Source of the DNA: Chlorokybus atmophyticus
Lineage: Eukaryota > Plantae > Mesostigma and Chlorokybus algae
DNA: 64,000 nucleotides
NCBI GenBank assembly: GCA_009103225.1
Contig: RHPI01003516.1
Span: 24,062 to 88,061, forward strand
Direction of reading: 5' to 3'
In this document: positions 1 through 11,753 of the stretch, piece by piece
How positions within the stretch are numbered: position 1 is the first letter of the stretch
Layout: every line of letters begins with the position of its first letter
The notes under the pieces: model-generated
What the model saw: only the letters and a program-made list of their open reading frames with translations
Database searches by the model: none
Told to the model about the DNA's origin: nothing
Program-made: the position numbers and the translations under genes

Positions 1-112
1 GGGGGGAAGGGGGCTTTAATATTTTGTTGTGGCCTCTGTACTTACTTGATGTCTATGTGCGACAGCAAGGACAAGAGCGCGTTCTTGCAACTCGTGACAA
101 CCTGCAGACTAG

Positions 113-1828
113 CCTAGTCAGTGCGAAGCGCGCAAGCAGTATTACCAGCGTACTCTTGACCTTGAAGTAGCGGAGTCGCAGCAACAGGTTGCAATCCTTC
201 GCGAGGAGTTACAGGAGACGCAACAGAGGGCTGCAGATGCCAATGCTGAGGTCGCCCGGGTGCGCAAGGAGTTGGAGGAGACGATGAAGACAGCATCAAG
301 AACAAACGATGAGTTCAACCTACTCTTAGCCGAGCTGCGCAAGAGGTTCCAGGAGTTGGAGCAGAGGGCTGGGGCATCAGATGCTGTTATTGCCAAGCTG
401 CGCAATGATTTGGAGGAGACGGAGCAGAGGGCTGCATTGACCGATGTTGAGGTCAACAATGTGCGCAAGGATTTGGAGCATGCGGAGCAGAGGGCTGCAG
501 CTTCCAACTCTGAGGTCGCCAAGCTACAAAAGGAATTGGCGGAGTTGCAGCAGAGGGCTGCCGCTTCCAACTCTCAGGTGGACAACCTGCGCAAGGAGAG
601 GGAGGAGTTGCAGCAGAGGGCTGCAACTACCGATGCTGAGGTCGCCAAACTGCAAGAGGAGTTGGCTACAGCACTCGAAGCCGCCAAGGAGCGTGCGGCA
701 TCAATTGACGCCCAGATTCGCGGCCTCGAATTGCGAAACTTTGATTTGCAATCGCGCATGCTGGCAATGGCCTCCAGCTCCTCTGCGGGCGCCAAGACTG
801 GGGAAGAGATGGAGAGTTCTCGGCAGCGCATTCGCCAGCTGGAACAGGAGGTAGCACAGCAAGCGGCGAGGCAGTCAGCATCAGAGGCCGTTGGAGGGGC
901 TGTCGATGCAGCGGCTGTCGATGCCGCGACAAGAAGAGCCAATGAAGCAGAGCGGCAGCTGGCAGAGGCGCAAACCCGCTATCAAGAGTTGGAGCAGAGG
1001 CTGGCTGCAGTGCCTTCAACATCAGAGGCTGTCGGAGGGGTTGTCGACCCATGCGTTGACGAAAAGCTGAATGAAGCGCTAGCAGGTGCAGAAGCTTTAG
1101 ACAAGCAGGTGAGAGACCTCAAAGAACAGCTGGACAAGCAGGTGGCAGATCACAGAGCAGAGCTCCAGCAGGTAGCACAGGATCGTGTGCAGTACCTCAT
1201 CGGCAGAATCACGGAGTGAGCGCGTGAGGTCTTCAACCAATTTTTTGCACTGCGAAACTACGAACGTACAATAGTGTTGGGCCGTTTGCCAAACACTCAG
1301 CTCTTTGACGATTGGCCACAAAGATTTCGGGAGGACCCAGTCGAATGGCCGGGTATCTTCATACGGCGTGCAGCTCAAATCAGGCAGGCTTGGCAGCAAT
1401 CACAACGGAGTGCCATTCCATTCACTGGCTTTCAACAAGGTGCCAGTGGGTTCTGGGACTTCTACAGGAACGCCGAGTCGCACTACACTGGCATTTTGCA
1501 GGAACCCAAAATCACAAGGCGCGCTACCCTAATTTCCATGTTTGACGTAATGGTTGTCATGCTACCAACGTTTGTGCACCACCTCCGTGACCTTGACGAA
1601 GGGATGGCTTCATTTCGAGGACCAGCGGCAGCGCCATTGTATCAGCTACAGCGTCCAATGGACTATGCCGCTGCATGGGCGTGGTTGCAAACCCCCGCAG
1701 GTGTATCAGCCCTCAGCAGCTACCGCGCTCAGTGCTCCATACCAAGACCTCCTCCTCCTCCTCCTCCTGCTGTTGGTGCTGCTGCTGGTCCTCCTCGTCC
1801 TCCACCTCCTCCTCCTGATGCTGGTTGA
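113..1828 (+). pseudogene. Transposon accessory ORF: coiled-coil tandem repeats, C-terminal domain, polyproline tail
   Basis: ORFs 260-1219 and 1274-1828 are in the same frame, separated only by TGA at 1217-1219. About 21-aa repeats (EQRAAASNSEVAKLQKEL). Convergent with the transposase. Confidence 0.6.
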
Positions 1829-2359
1829 TGTTTCCCTGGTTTATAGCTTTAGTGTAAGTTGCCTAGCAGTTGGCCTTTGCGCGCTGCAAGTAGATCTGCT
1901 GGTACGCTTGACCCTTCCTTGTGTACATAATCTGTGAAATGTACAAGTGTGTTACTCACAGTAACCAATGCGTGCTTCGTAATGCCTTGTGCCAAAAACA
2001 AACACTGATAGTGTTGTTACCCGACAGTCCTATGGACAGCCGACTGTCCATAGGACTGTCAAGGAACAACACTGATGAGACAAGTGATGCGTACCTGCCT
2101 CAGCCTCGCCTGCTTTGTAGTACATGATGTGCCTGTCGTAAAACATATGCACAACCTCAGTTGCCGGCTGCTCTTGCCATTTGCCTTGATCAACTTGCTG
2201 CCAGTTGAGCTTCCTCTTGACCGCAATGGGTGACACCTTCTGGTTGCGACAGTCCTTATTGACCACCCACCGCGGTAGGCCTTGGCGAGCACTCGCTGAT
2301 CTAGGAGCAGGCTTCAGGTAGTCAACCAACATGTTGCCTTCATCGTCAACTTGAGGCTG

Positions 2360-5300
2360 TCAAACAATAACAATCCATGGCGGAGGATCATCAGATACAG
2401 GTGCTGGTGGGTCAGTTGGCACGCGAAAGTCAAAGACCGACTTCTTCTCATCCTCATGTCTCACAAGCAGCACATCCCCGGTTTCAGGCCATACTGGCAG
2501 AGGTATATCAGCTGCTTGCAATCGCAGCTCTGGGTTGCTGAAATCGTAAGCCAGCATGTAGGGGAGCAGCCTTGGTCTCTCCGTCAGCATCCACACTTTG
2601 CGCAGCAGCTGGTGGCCTCGGACAAGAATGTTGGTGTTTTCCAAACGCCCCACATGCAAGGCACCGGAGTCTGCGTCCATGCATTGATTTCCAGCAGCAT
2701 CTTTTTGCAGGCTGTAGCGGTTGACAGCAATGTACACATGGCACTCGGTGGGAAAGAACATGAAGATTTTGTTAACGATGGCTGGCCTGTTTCCATCCAG
2801 CATCACAGCATCCTTGCAGTCGCGCCTGTGTGTGAGAGAGAGAGAATATCTGTCAGTCGCTGTTTGACAGTCTCAGCATTGACAGTCTGCGCGGCTGTCA
2901 ATGCTGGGACTGTAGATATCAGAGATAGAGACCCTATAACGGACAGTCGCACCAGTGACAGTTGTTGGTGGGACTGTCGATGACAACTGTGCTGCATTCA
3001 TAATCAAGATATAAAGCACACCTGTATACCAGGCCGTCCCTCATATAGGCTTTGTAGTCGCGCACTGTCCGCCGTGTCGGGGTGCCAATGGCAATGTTCT
3101 CTTGTGCACAGATGCTCTCAAACAAGCCGTCGCTCGCGACGTAATGAGTGTCGCCTCGCCCAATCACTATGCCTTGTTCTTTGATGCGCCTGGAGTGTGC
3201 CAGGGTGGGGTATGCTTCCACAAGCGCCCAAATATCCTCTGCGTGCTTGATTGTGGCGACCTCATACCAGGTGGACCCGTTGAATTCTGTTCTGCAGATT
3301 GTGAACAGTATGTTGCCAACTCAATGGCAGAGCCGCAGGCCTGAACGCTGATCGTCACGCATGACGCCAAATAGTCGCACAAACCATCTCCTGACAGAAC
3401 GTTTCATAAAGCTGATCTCGTAATCCTTGCAGTTGGACGGGGTGTTGACATACAGCTTCACAGCGCGCTCAGCGGCGTAGCACCAGAACACGTCATGGCT
3501 GCCGTGTCTACGGATATTGTCAAGCAGGTGGCAAGTTCCCGCAATGTGCTCCAAAATCTTTTTATTGGTGCCAAAGCAGATCTCGCTGTTGACCTTCCAG
3601 TACCTGAGCAATGCATCCGCGAGCTCCAGGCGGTCTGAATCCCAACCAAAGCGCCGTGAGATGTCAAAGAATAAGCGGAAGATCATGTGGAGACACATGA
3701 CGAGAGCTCTCCTTTCTTCGCTGAGCAGCTTGTGAAAAACATAGGGCACACCAAATTGCACGAAGAACTGGTGCTCCTGCGCCTTCCACCATCCAAGGCG
3801 ACTGCTAAGGCCGTGTGGCCAGCGATTACCATTCTTCACCTCTCTTGGTCTTGCATTTCTCATCACGGACAGCCGACTGTCGATGTTAGCCTTGCTGACC
3901 TGCTCGTCCCCACCATCCATCAGAGTGCAGGCTGTCAAGCTCTTGGCCAGTCCTTCGGCTAGCGTGTGCATGGTATCAAAGACCATGTCCTGACATGGGT
4001 CAAACTTGTACATCTGCCAAAGCCTCCACAAAGGCGACAGCCCGTCGACGCCATACTTCTTGGCCTTTTCTTTCTTGCGATTGGGATCTTCTATGCTTTC
4101 AACTTCATCGGCCAGCTGGTATGTGGCCTCTGCAGTTCTTTTGGCAAATGGATGGCGACTGTGGTAGCGGCTGCTAGCATAGTGGAAGTCGGTCCTGTTG
4201 CTCCGAGTTTCTTCAACAACATCGTTGCCAGTGCTGGGATCTTGAGTGACTTTTTTGGTGACAGTAGAGTGCCGGATATGAGTTGCCAGCAGGCAACAAG
4301 TCCTGCAACCGCATCAGCCGCCATTCTTGAATTGCCCCATCTCGCTTTGGGCTGGATTATCACCGGCAATGTTCATGACCATGGCTCTCAGGAAAATCTT
4401 ATCACCTGCAAACCATTGGAGGCATCAGGACTCATTGCTTCGTGCGCAGCAGCGCGCGTACGCGACTATGCACGGGACACAGCCGCGACTGTCGATTTGG
4501 ACTGTCGGACATGGGACCTGGAATGGACTGTCGGACATGGGCAGGCGCACAAACTGCATGTGTAAGCCAATGAAGCAACACACAGACTTGACACACTGAC
4601 TTGACAGTCGCATGGACAGCCTTGCCCAAGCGAACTCATACAAGCATAGCAGTGGAGTGCATAGGATCGACAGTCGCAGTTGACAGCGCAAAGACAGTCC
4701 TGAGCTTAAACAAGCACAGCAATGCATTCCATACAAATGACAGTCGCAAGAACAGCTGCGTGCACGTGGCACTGCTAAACAGATGCATGCGAGCGTACCA
4801 GCCAATCGATGAGGGAGCTTGATGTCCACCTGGCTGGAGTCCAAACCGTAGTGCGTGGGGAAGCCCATGGCGTACAAATCCTCCAACTCATCCACCATGG
4901 GCTTCATGAACGGGTTCAGACAGTCCTTGTCCGCGTCGAGTAGCTCGTCAACTGGGACAAATACTACTGGCATGATGGAAGACGCCTGTGAGCTGACGCG
5001 CTTGCCTCCATTGAGCACAACGACGTTGATGACAAGGGTGCTCCGCTTTGTAGTGGATGCGCAGCTGAAACCATCACTGTGCAGCATGAGCCCAATGTTG
5101 CGTGGGTCTCCAGTACACTGCTGCGCAGCCTCTTCATTCTCATAGGAGCATTCGCAATGCCATTTCTGATAACCATCCCTGTGCTGCGACATGTCAATGT
5201 CATAATTGTAGCGTCCACAGTCGCATTTGTTTGACAGAGGGATGGTCTTCGTGCAGTCCAAAAAAGCAGTCAGATCTCTCCACTTGCTGCCATGCCAAGC

Positions 5301-7014
5301 TTCCCATTGAGGAGCTGGGGGATGGTTTGCTGGCACGTTGAACCAGGTGTCTTTGTCTCGCCAAGCAGCAAGGTTGTCATATGCGATCGAAGGAACTTGC
5401 AGCCACGGACCGAGTCTTGGACCAATGGGCGTGTACAAAAAATCTATACACTCCTTGCGCGTGCGCCCGCATTCGCCTCCGCACGGCTGTTCCCACAAGC
5501 GTTTCAGAATCTTGTGGCGACTGTCGTCTTGGCAGCTGTCCTCGCAGTCACCGTAGCCTGATGGATAGGCATCTGGAAAGAGATAATTGCATCGTGTGCA
5601 TGCTGTATATCTCTGTGACTCTTGCATTCCGATGGAAGTCAGCAATGCATCGACGGCCGTGATGTCAGCCGGCTTGGAGGGGTTGCGCTGGCCGAGCAAG
5701 GCATGGAGATCGTTACGGAGCTGACTGTAATCGTAGGCGGGATCCTTGGCCAGCTGTACAATGGAGTCTTCGGCACCAAAAACAGTCTTCAGCACGTTGT
5801 TGATTAGTGATTGCTGTGCATGAGAGTCCTCCAAGTCTGTCAGCAACGACATGAACTTGTCCAGCATTTTTTGCGTGGGTGTTTCCGAGGACTGTTGTTG
5901 ACGAGAAGTGCCGGGTTGAGGTGCATCACATTGCGCTGAAGGCATTGGCGGTGGGTGCATACTTTCTCGCGCTGCTTCGTCCAGTCGCATGTGAGCCAAC
6001 GAAGTCTCCAACTCAACCCACTGCCCAATCGCAACATACGACTGTCAATGTAGGTAGCATGGATGGCAATGCTGAAAGTGCGCGCATGGTGCAGTGGGCT
6101 ACGGACAGTCGCAGGCATGCAGCATTCCCAGACATGGGCAGCTACAGTACGACACTGTGCGCGCATCGCAAGTTGATTGCTCACCTTGCCACGACACCTC
6201 GGGCAAGAGCAAATTGTGTAGGACACTTCTTGCCATTGTGGATCATCATCATTGCTACCAAGAGGCTCAAACATGTCTTCAATTGGCATGTCAACAGTCG
6301 GCTGTCGATCCGACTGATGCTGAAGTGGAGCAGTTGCGGCGCTGCTGGGGCTGGGCATGTTGACAGTCGGCTGTGGATCAGCCTGATGTTGAAGTGGAGC
6401 TGTCGCGGCACTGCTGGTGCTGGCAACATCGAAAGTCGGCTGTCCACCTGACTGTTCCCTTTCGTGAAGTGTAGCTGCCGCTTCATTGCTGGTGCCGGCC
6501 AAATCAACAGTCGGCTGTCCAAGCACGGGATGCCTGAAGCAATCTTGCAGTCAGTGACACACCACATGCAATGGCACCATCGGCTGACAGTGGAGATCAC
6601 AGCAAGGCAGCAAGTGCACTAAGTTGATCGACAGTCTCTTAGCATGAAGGCTGTTTATGTACAGCATTCCTATTGTTAGTGGCATGCATACTGTCATGTA
6701 TACTCGATGAAGAGCAGTACGCCAGGTACAACAGCGTGGTCAACTTACTGCTCATGCTGCTGGCTGATGTCGCTATGCTGCCCGAGCATGGCCGGATCTT
6801 CATGGGCGGGCTGAGGGATGACAGCCTCAATGGGCTGGTCATCAACCACATGGTGCTGGACGACATCAGCATGCTCCGGTAAGGGTAGGGAACTCTGTTG
6901 GCTGCGAAGGCGGTTGTTCCTACGAAAGGTGTTCCTCTTACTGGCTGGTTGCAAGTTGATTCCCAGCTTAGTATTAATGTCCTTGGCGAAGCGGACAGCC
7001 TTTTTACTGGCCAT
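2360..7014 (-). pseudogene. EnSpm/CACTA transposase (Tnp2/Transposase_21-like plus DUF4218-like region), multi-exon
   Basis: Motifs WHGSKW...DPRNIGLMLHSDGF...LNPFMKPMVDELEDL (4425-6011 ORF) and DTMHTL...WKAQEH...HLLDNIRRHGSHDVFWCYAAER (3321-4031 ORF). Exon boundaries approximate. Confidence 0.85.
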
Positions 7015-7494
7015 TGGTACAGCTAGATTCTGCCAGCAAAGACACCGCCAACGAGGCCACCGCCACCAACCAGAGCGCCGCCGCTCACTCTCTGAGCGCA
7101 ACCCTATTACGCAGACCATGTAGGTAGGAACCCTATTGTTGGCCCATGCACGTGACTCGACAGTCGCACCATGCACGGTTTGACTGTCAAGTCTTCACTC
7201 CATGTAATTACTAGATATGCTGACCATTCGATACGCTTGAATCGACGGTCAGATGAGAGGCTGGGCTACGTCTTGAATCCCAGCGTTCGCGCAATCTCAG
7301 CTATGACGTGTATCATATACGAGAACATACCCAATACTCTATCTTACGGCAATGGGAGGGATGTGCTGGTTGGCCCTATCAACGCATTAACTTGTCCGAA
7401 TGCATACAGTAACGGGATCAATAAGCACATCCTCCGCTGCCAAAATTTGCAGGTCATTCTTTTTTCGTCCGTCGCGCCGGTAGTGGCCAGTGGT

Positions 7495-8152
7495 GGCCCA
7501 TGCATGGTGCGACTGCCCAGTCTTCTCTCCATGTAATTACATAATATGCCGAACCGGAATCATTTACGTGAGGATCAACCTCGAACCATGCATGGTTCAG
7601 CAATCATGGGGTACCGACCATGCATGGTCCCTACCCGCGGATAATCGGATTAGGAAGAGCCTGGTTGGGTTAAAGACCATGAATGGTCCGCAATCTTACG
7701 AAGATGTGGACCAGTATGAGCTTTTATGAGCCGCAGACCATGCACGGTGCGTGCTGCTTGTCAAAAGTGACCAATAAGCTTAGCGTGCACCAGCAATGGT
7801 CCGCCCATTGATTCAGGCTCGGACCAGCCACTTTTATGTTATCTACCGGAACATGTATGGTTAAGCATTGATGTAGTCCGGACCATGCATGGTCCGTAGA
7901 CCCATTGACAGTCGGACCGGGAAAATGCCTGGTCCGGCTGCGAACATTCATGGTCCGGACTTTCACGGCATATCGGACCGGTATATCACCTGGTCCGGCC
8001 GCGGACCATGTATGGTGCGCGACTGCGCGCCAGGTATCAGGGCCCCGAAAGGACCATGGACGGTCCGTCCACGGGGGACCAGGCACTCGTGGTCCTCGGG
8101 GCACGGACCATATATGGCCCGCGGGGTCCGTGGAAGGACCATACATGGTCCC
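7495..8152. repeat. Subterminal palindromic repeats GGACCATGCATGGTCC and variants
   Basis: About 10 copies, e.g. at 7616, 7880, 8004, 8137. The same motif occurs at 28265-28425 and 30093-30200. Confidence 0.85.
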
Positions 8153-8170
8153 CGAACGTCAATCCGTGTG

Positions 8171-10001
8171 CAAGTGGCAGCCCTGATGGCGCGCGTGGCA
8201 CAGCTGGAGGAGAATAAGGAGCAAGACTATCAAGCCTGCTATGCCGCTAGGTGGGCACTGATGGCACCAAAACGGGATAGGGACACTCCCACGCCGTCAC
8301 GCGTACAACCATTAAGACGTGCACGCAGGGAAGCTGGCGCGTCGTCAACAGCGGCATCGTTGGACGCCACAAGTGGTGCTGCCTCGGCAGCCACAACCAC
8401 TGCTGCGTGACGACGCCGTCGACGACACCTTTGGCGTCCACACCGACCACGACAGCAGGTGCCAGCACTCTTGGCACCACGCTGTCCCCGGTGATGGAAA
8501 GCACCCACGCCGCAACAACCATGGTTGGGTCCGTGGGTGGTGAATCCACCACTCCTGCCTTCATTAACGCGACCACATCGGTCACAACTGCTGCCACCCT
8601 CACAGCCGCCACCTCAATAACAACGACTGTTGCCGGTGCCACCAACATCGCCTCCAGTAGTGCTGCCACACCCACTGCACCACTTCCTGAGATTCGAACG
8701 GCACCGCCACCAGCACTTGACGTCACGCAGCAAGTGCCACGCGGACCACAAGCAGAACGCGCCTGGGCGTCGGTTCTACGCCACGTGGAGCCCACCACTA
8801 TTGCGTACGGACCAGGGGGGCAACGCACCACGCGTGTGGCACGCGATGATCGCATCTTGCCCCTACCACCTCCAGAGTACCACACGCTGCCGAAACCCAC
8901 ACAACAGCAGCTAGAGGATGAAATCCTCGCCGGCACTGCACCAGACATGAGGGATCGTCTCTTCGGGGTCACCTACCGGCGACCTGCAGTATTAGAGCTG
9001 GCCATTCGGTTGTTCTTGGCACGCACGATTGCAAGGCGCACCCAGTCCAACGCACCAACACATGCCCGCTCAACAGATTGACTTCGAGCCCTCACCACTG
9101 GACCCACTCGGACCGCAGCGCCATAAAATACAAGACCTCGTGGTCACCATGTCGGACATCGCGCTGGGCACTGATCCCGCTCTCCGGGGGCTCACTCCAG
9201 GCAGCCGTCAAGAGCGGTTCTCTGCCCTCGCTCAGGCACATCGTTATCAGATGGACCAAGTTGCCCAAGTGGACGCGCGCCGACAGGCATACGAAGCAGC
9301 CAACGCCGTCATCGTACCAACCGTAGCTCCGGCAAATGTTGCCAGCGCCTCCACGGCGCTGACCACAGGGTACTCCACGGCAGTCGCCATCGAACAGCCA
9401 AGACAAGCAACTGTTGCAGACCAAGCGAGGGCGCTGGCGCAACAATTGAGGGGGGTAATCGCCCCGCTGCTGCCTCCTTTGTTCGAAGACATGCCTGAGG
9501 ATCAACGCGATGCAGGGCGAGGGTACCTCACCCCGCAAGGGGACACCACACAACGAGGAGGAGCTGGTATGGTGGGGGAGCAACAACTCCGTACCGCACT
9601 CATTCGGCAAGCAGTCATGTTGCACAGGCCTGAGGGCAACACATTAAGACAGATGATGGGGATGCGAGAGGGCAGCGCCGCTCGAGCCCGTCTCGTGACA
9701 TGGCTCGTTGCCAATCACCCTGCTGTCCCCCTGTTTGCCTTTGGCAACCGAGCATCATGGTTGGGGGCATTCGTTCGTTCGTTGCGACAAGCATACGACG
9801 AGGCTGCCACCACAGCCCCGGACACCCTGGAGGGAGTGCAGGAGGCAATGCTGCGGCTGCCAAGCGTGGAAGCCGCACGACAACGGCGGCGCATCGCCAT
9901 TGCTCATGAGCTACACGCACAGCAGACTGACCTCCAGCGCACCCTACGCGCGCGCGCCATGACCGTGCTCGATGTGGGAGTGGTACAAGGAAGGTGGGAT
10001 G
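8171..10001 (+). pseudogene. gag-like region of the Ty3-DNMT element
   Basis: Overlapping ORFs 7889-8410, 8407-9081 and 9029-10030. The frame continues across the Copia insertion into about 15057 (WD|AYMAGILRVP). Confidence 0.5.
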
Positions 10002-10506
10002 TGTTGACGGACGACATCCAGTCAGCCTGACTCCCATAGACTAAGGCATTGAGTATTAGAAATGGCTAAGTCCTTGTGCACGTCGCACTTGCAATACGAG
10101 GACTGATATCGAGCAGTTGTGAGTCTAGAGCTCGATATCGGTACAGACTGCTGGCGGACACTCGAAGACTCCGGACTTGGGAGCATCTGGAAGAGTCTGG
10201 CGACAGGCCAGAGCTTCGGTAGAAGTTGCAGAACTTCGTGGCTACTTAGTTGCAAGGAACGTGGCATAGCTTGTTGGAAAGGTCTTGAAGCTGGCTACGT
10301 GGAGCAACTTAGAGCACCTCGATAGGACGCTTGTAGAAGGCGCAGGATCTTCTAGAGTAGAGGTGTGTAGTCTGGCTAAGTATATAAGCTAGCGGACTAC
10401 ACTTGCTTGAACGGAATAGTGATTGCTTTTAGCCCAAGCCTTGGCGGCTGTTGTGTTGTATGTGTCATGCCCTGCCCTGCTGCATGTGTCCAATAGCTTC
10501 CCCACA
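10002..10506 (+). repeat. Copia A 5' LTR
   Basis: TG...CA ends. About five substitutions versus the 3' LTR by eye, all transitions. Confidence 0.9.
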
Positions 10507-10509
10507 ATA

Positions 10510-10522
10510 GGTTATGGGCCCA
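10510..10522 (+). promoter_or_regulatory. Copia primer-binding site
   Basis: GGTTATGGGCCCA directly after the LTR, the typical Copia internal tRNA-Met-fragment PBS. Confidence 0.8.
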
Positions 10523-10629
10523 CTCTACGCGTGAGGAGTGCGAGTTAATGGAAGCGTGGTACACTGGTAGCTGACTGGTAGCATAGTCTTGGGTGTTGAC
10601 TGGCTGGAGAGAGGCGCGTTCAACCAAGA

Positions 10630-11750
10630 TGGAGTCTAGCTACGACAAGGGGCAGATTGCAAAGCTGGACACTGACAACTACAGTACCTGGTGTGTGGAG
10701 ATGAAGGCCTTGCTGATACACAAGAAGCTATGGAAGCATGTGGATCTGAAGGCGACACCACCACCTGTTGGAGAGAGGTCTGTATGGCTTGAGAGCTCGC
10801 AACAGGGACTTGCCTTGATTGTGTTGAACTGCAAGTCGTATCACTTTTCCATGCTATCTGCATGTGAGGATGGTAAACAAGCTTGGGAGAAACTTGAGTC
10901 CGTGTTTCAAGCCAAGAACAACGCAAGGAAGCTGTCACTGAAGAAGCAGCTGAACTCCATCAAGAAGGAAGCTGGTGAGCCTGTCACAAAGTAATTTGTA
11001 TTTGTCGCGTGCGAGAGAGTTGTGGGCGAACCTTACTGATGTCGGTAGCAAGATGGAGGAGGAGGACGTTGTGCTGGCTGTGCTGAACGGGCTACCATCT
11101 GAGTATGAGGTTGTCACTACTCTACTGGAGACATCGTCATCGGTTCTTACCCTGGACGACGTGCTGCCAAGCTACTCACCGTAGAGCAGAAGACAACAAA
11201 GAAGGACGACCATGCAGATGCTGTGGTTTTCTACAACAAATATAGAAGGCCTGGAGGACACCACAAGCAGCTACGGACCGGCAACCGTGACAACAAAACT
11301 AGAAGCAGTACTGGTAAACGACATGCCAAGCTGAGATGTTATACCTGTGGAGTGGTTGGACACATCAGCAGAAATTGTCCCAAGCGTTATCAAAATGGAG
11401 GCGCAAGCACCAGCGGCAAAGAGAAGGCGTTTGCATTTGCTGCATCATTGGGAAGACACCATGGAAGTTGGGTGATCGACTCTGGATGCGAGAGGCATCT
11501 CACGCCACATGTGGAGCTGTTGAAGGACTACACGAAGCTGACTCATCCTGTAAAAGTGGAGGGCTTCAATGGTCATGTGCTGGAGGGCATTGGGGTTGGG
11601 AGCGTGAAGCTTCATACCCAGGTCGGTGCCACCTTTCATAAGGTCTTGTTGAGGGAGGTGTTGCACGTTCATGGTGCTGCTGCGAGTCTATTTAGTGTAG
11701 CGACCGCTGAGCGCGTGGGAGCTGAGGTCATGTTCAAGAATGGACGCTGA
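10630..11750 (+). pseudogene. Copia A gag (CCHC knuckle) and protease, disrupted
   Basis: KLDTDNYSTW, CYTCGVVGHISRNC and WVIDSGCERH motifs. Stops at 10992 and 11748 plus a frameshift. Confidence 0.9.
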
Positions 11751-11753
11751 AAA

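Larger units (their letters stand above)
1..8170. mobile_element. CACTA/EnSpm-like DNA transposon (right end at 8170; left end outside window)
   Basis: Tnp2-type transposase on minus strand. Palindromic subterminal repeats at 7495-8152. Terminus ...GGTCCCCGAACGTCAATCCGTGTG resembles the end of the related element at 30218. Interrupts a gag-like ORF that resumes at 8171. Confidence 0.8.
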
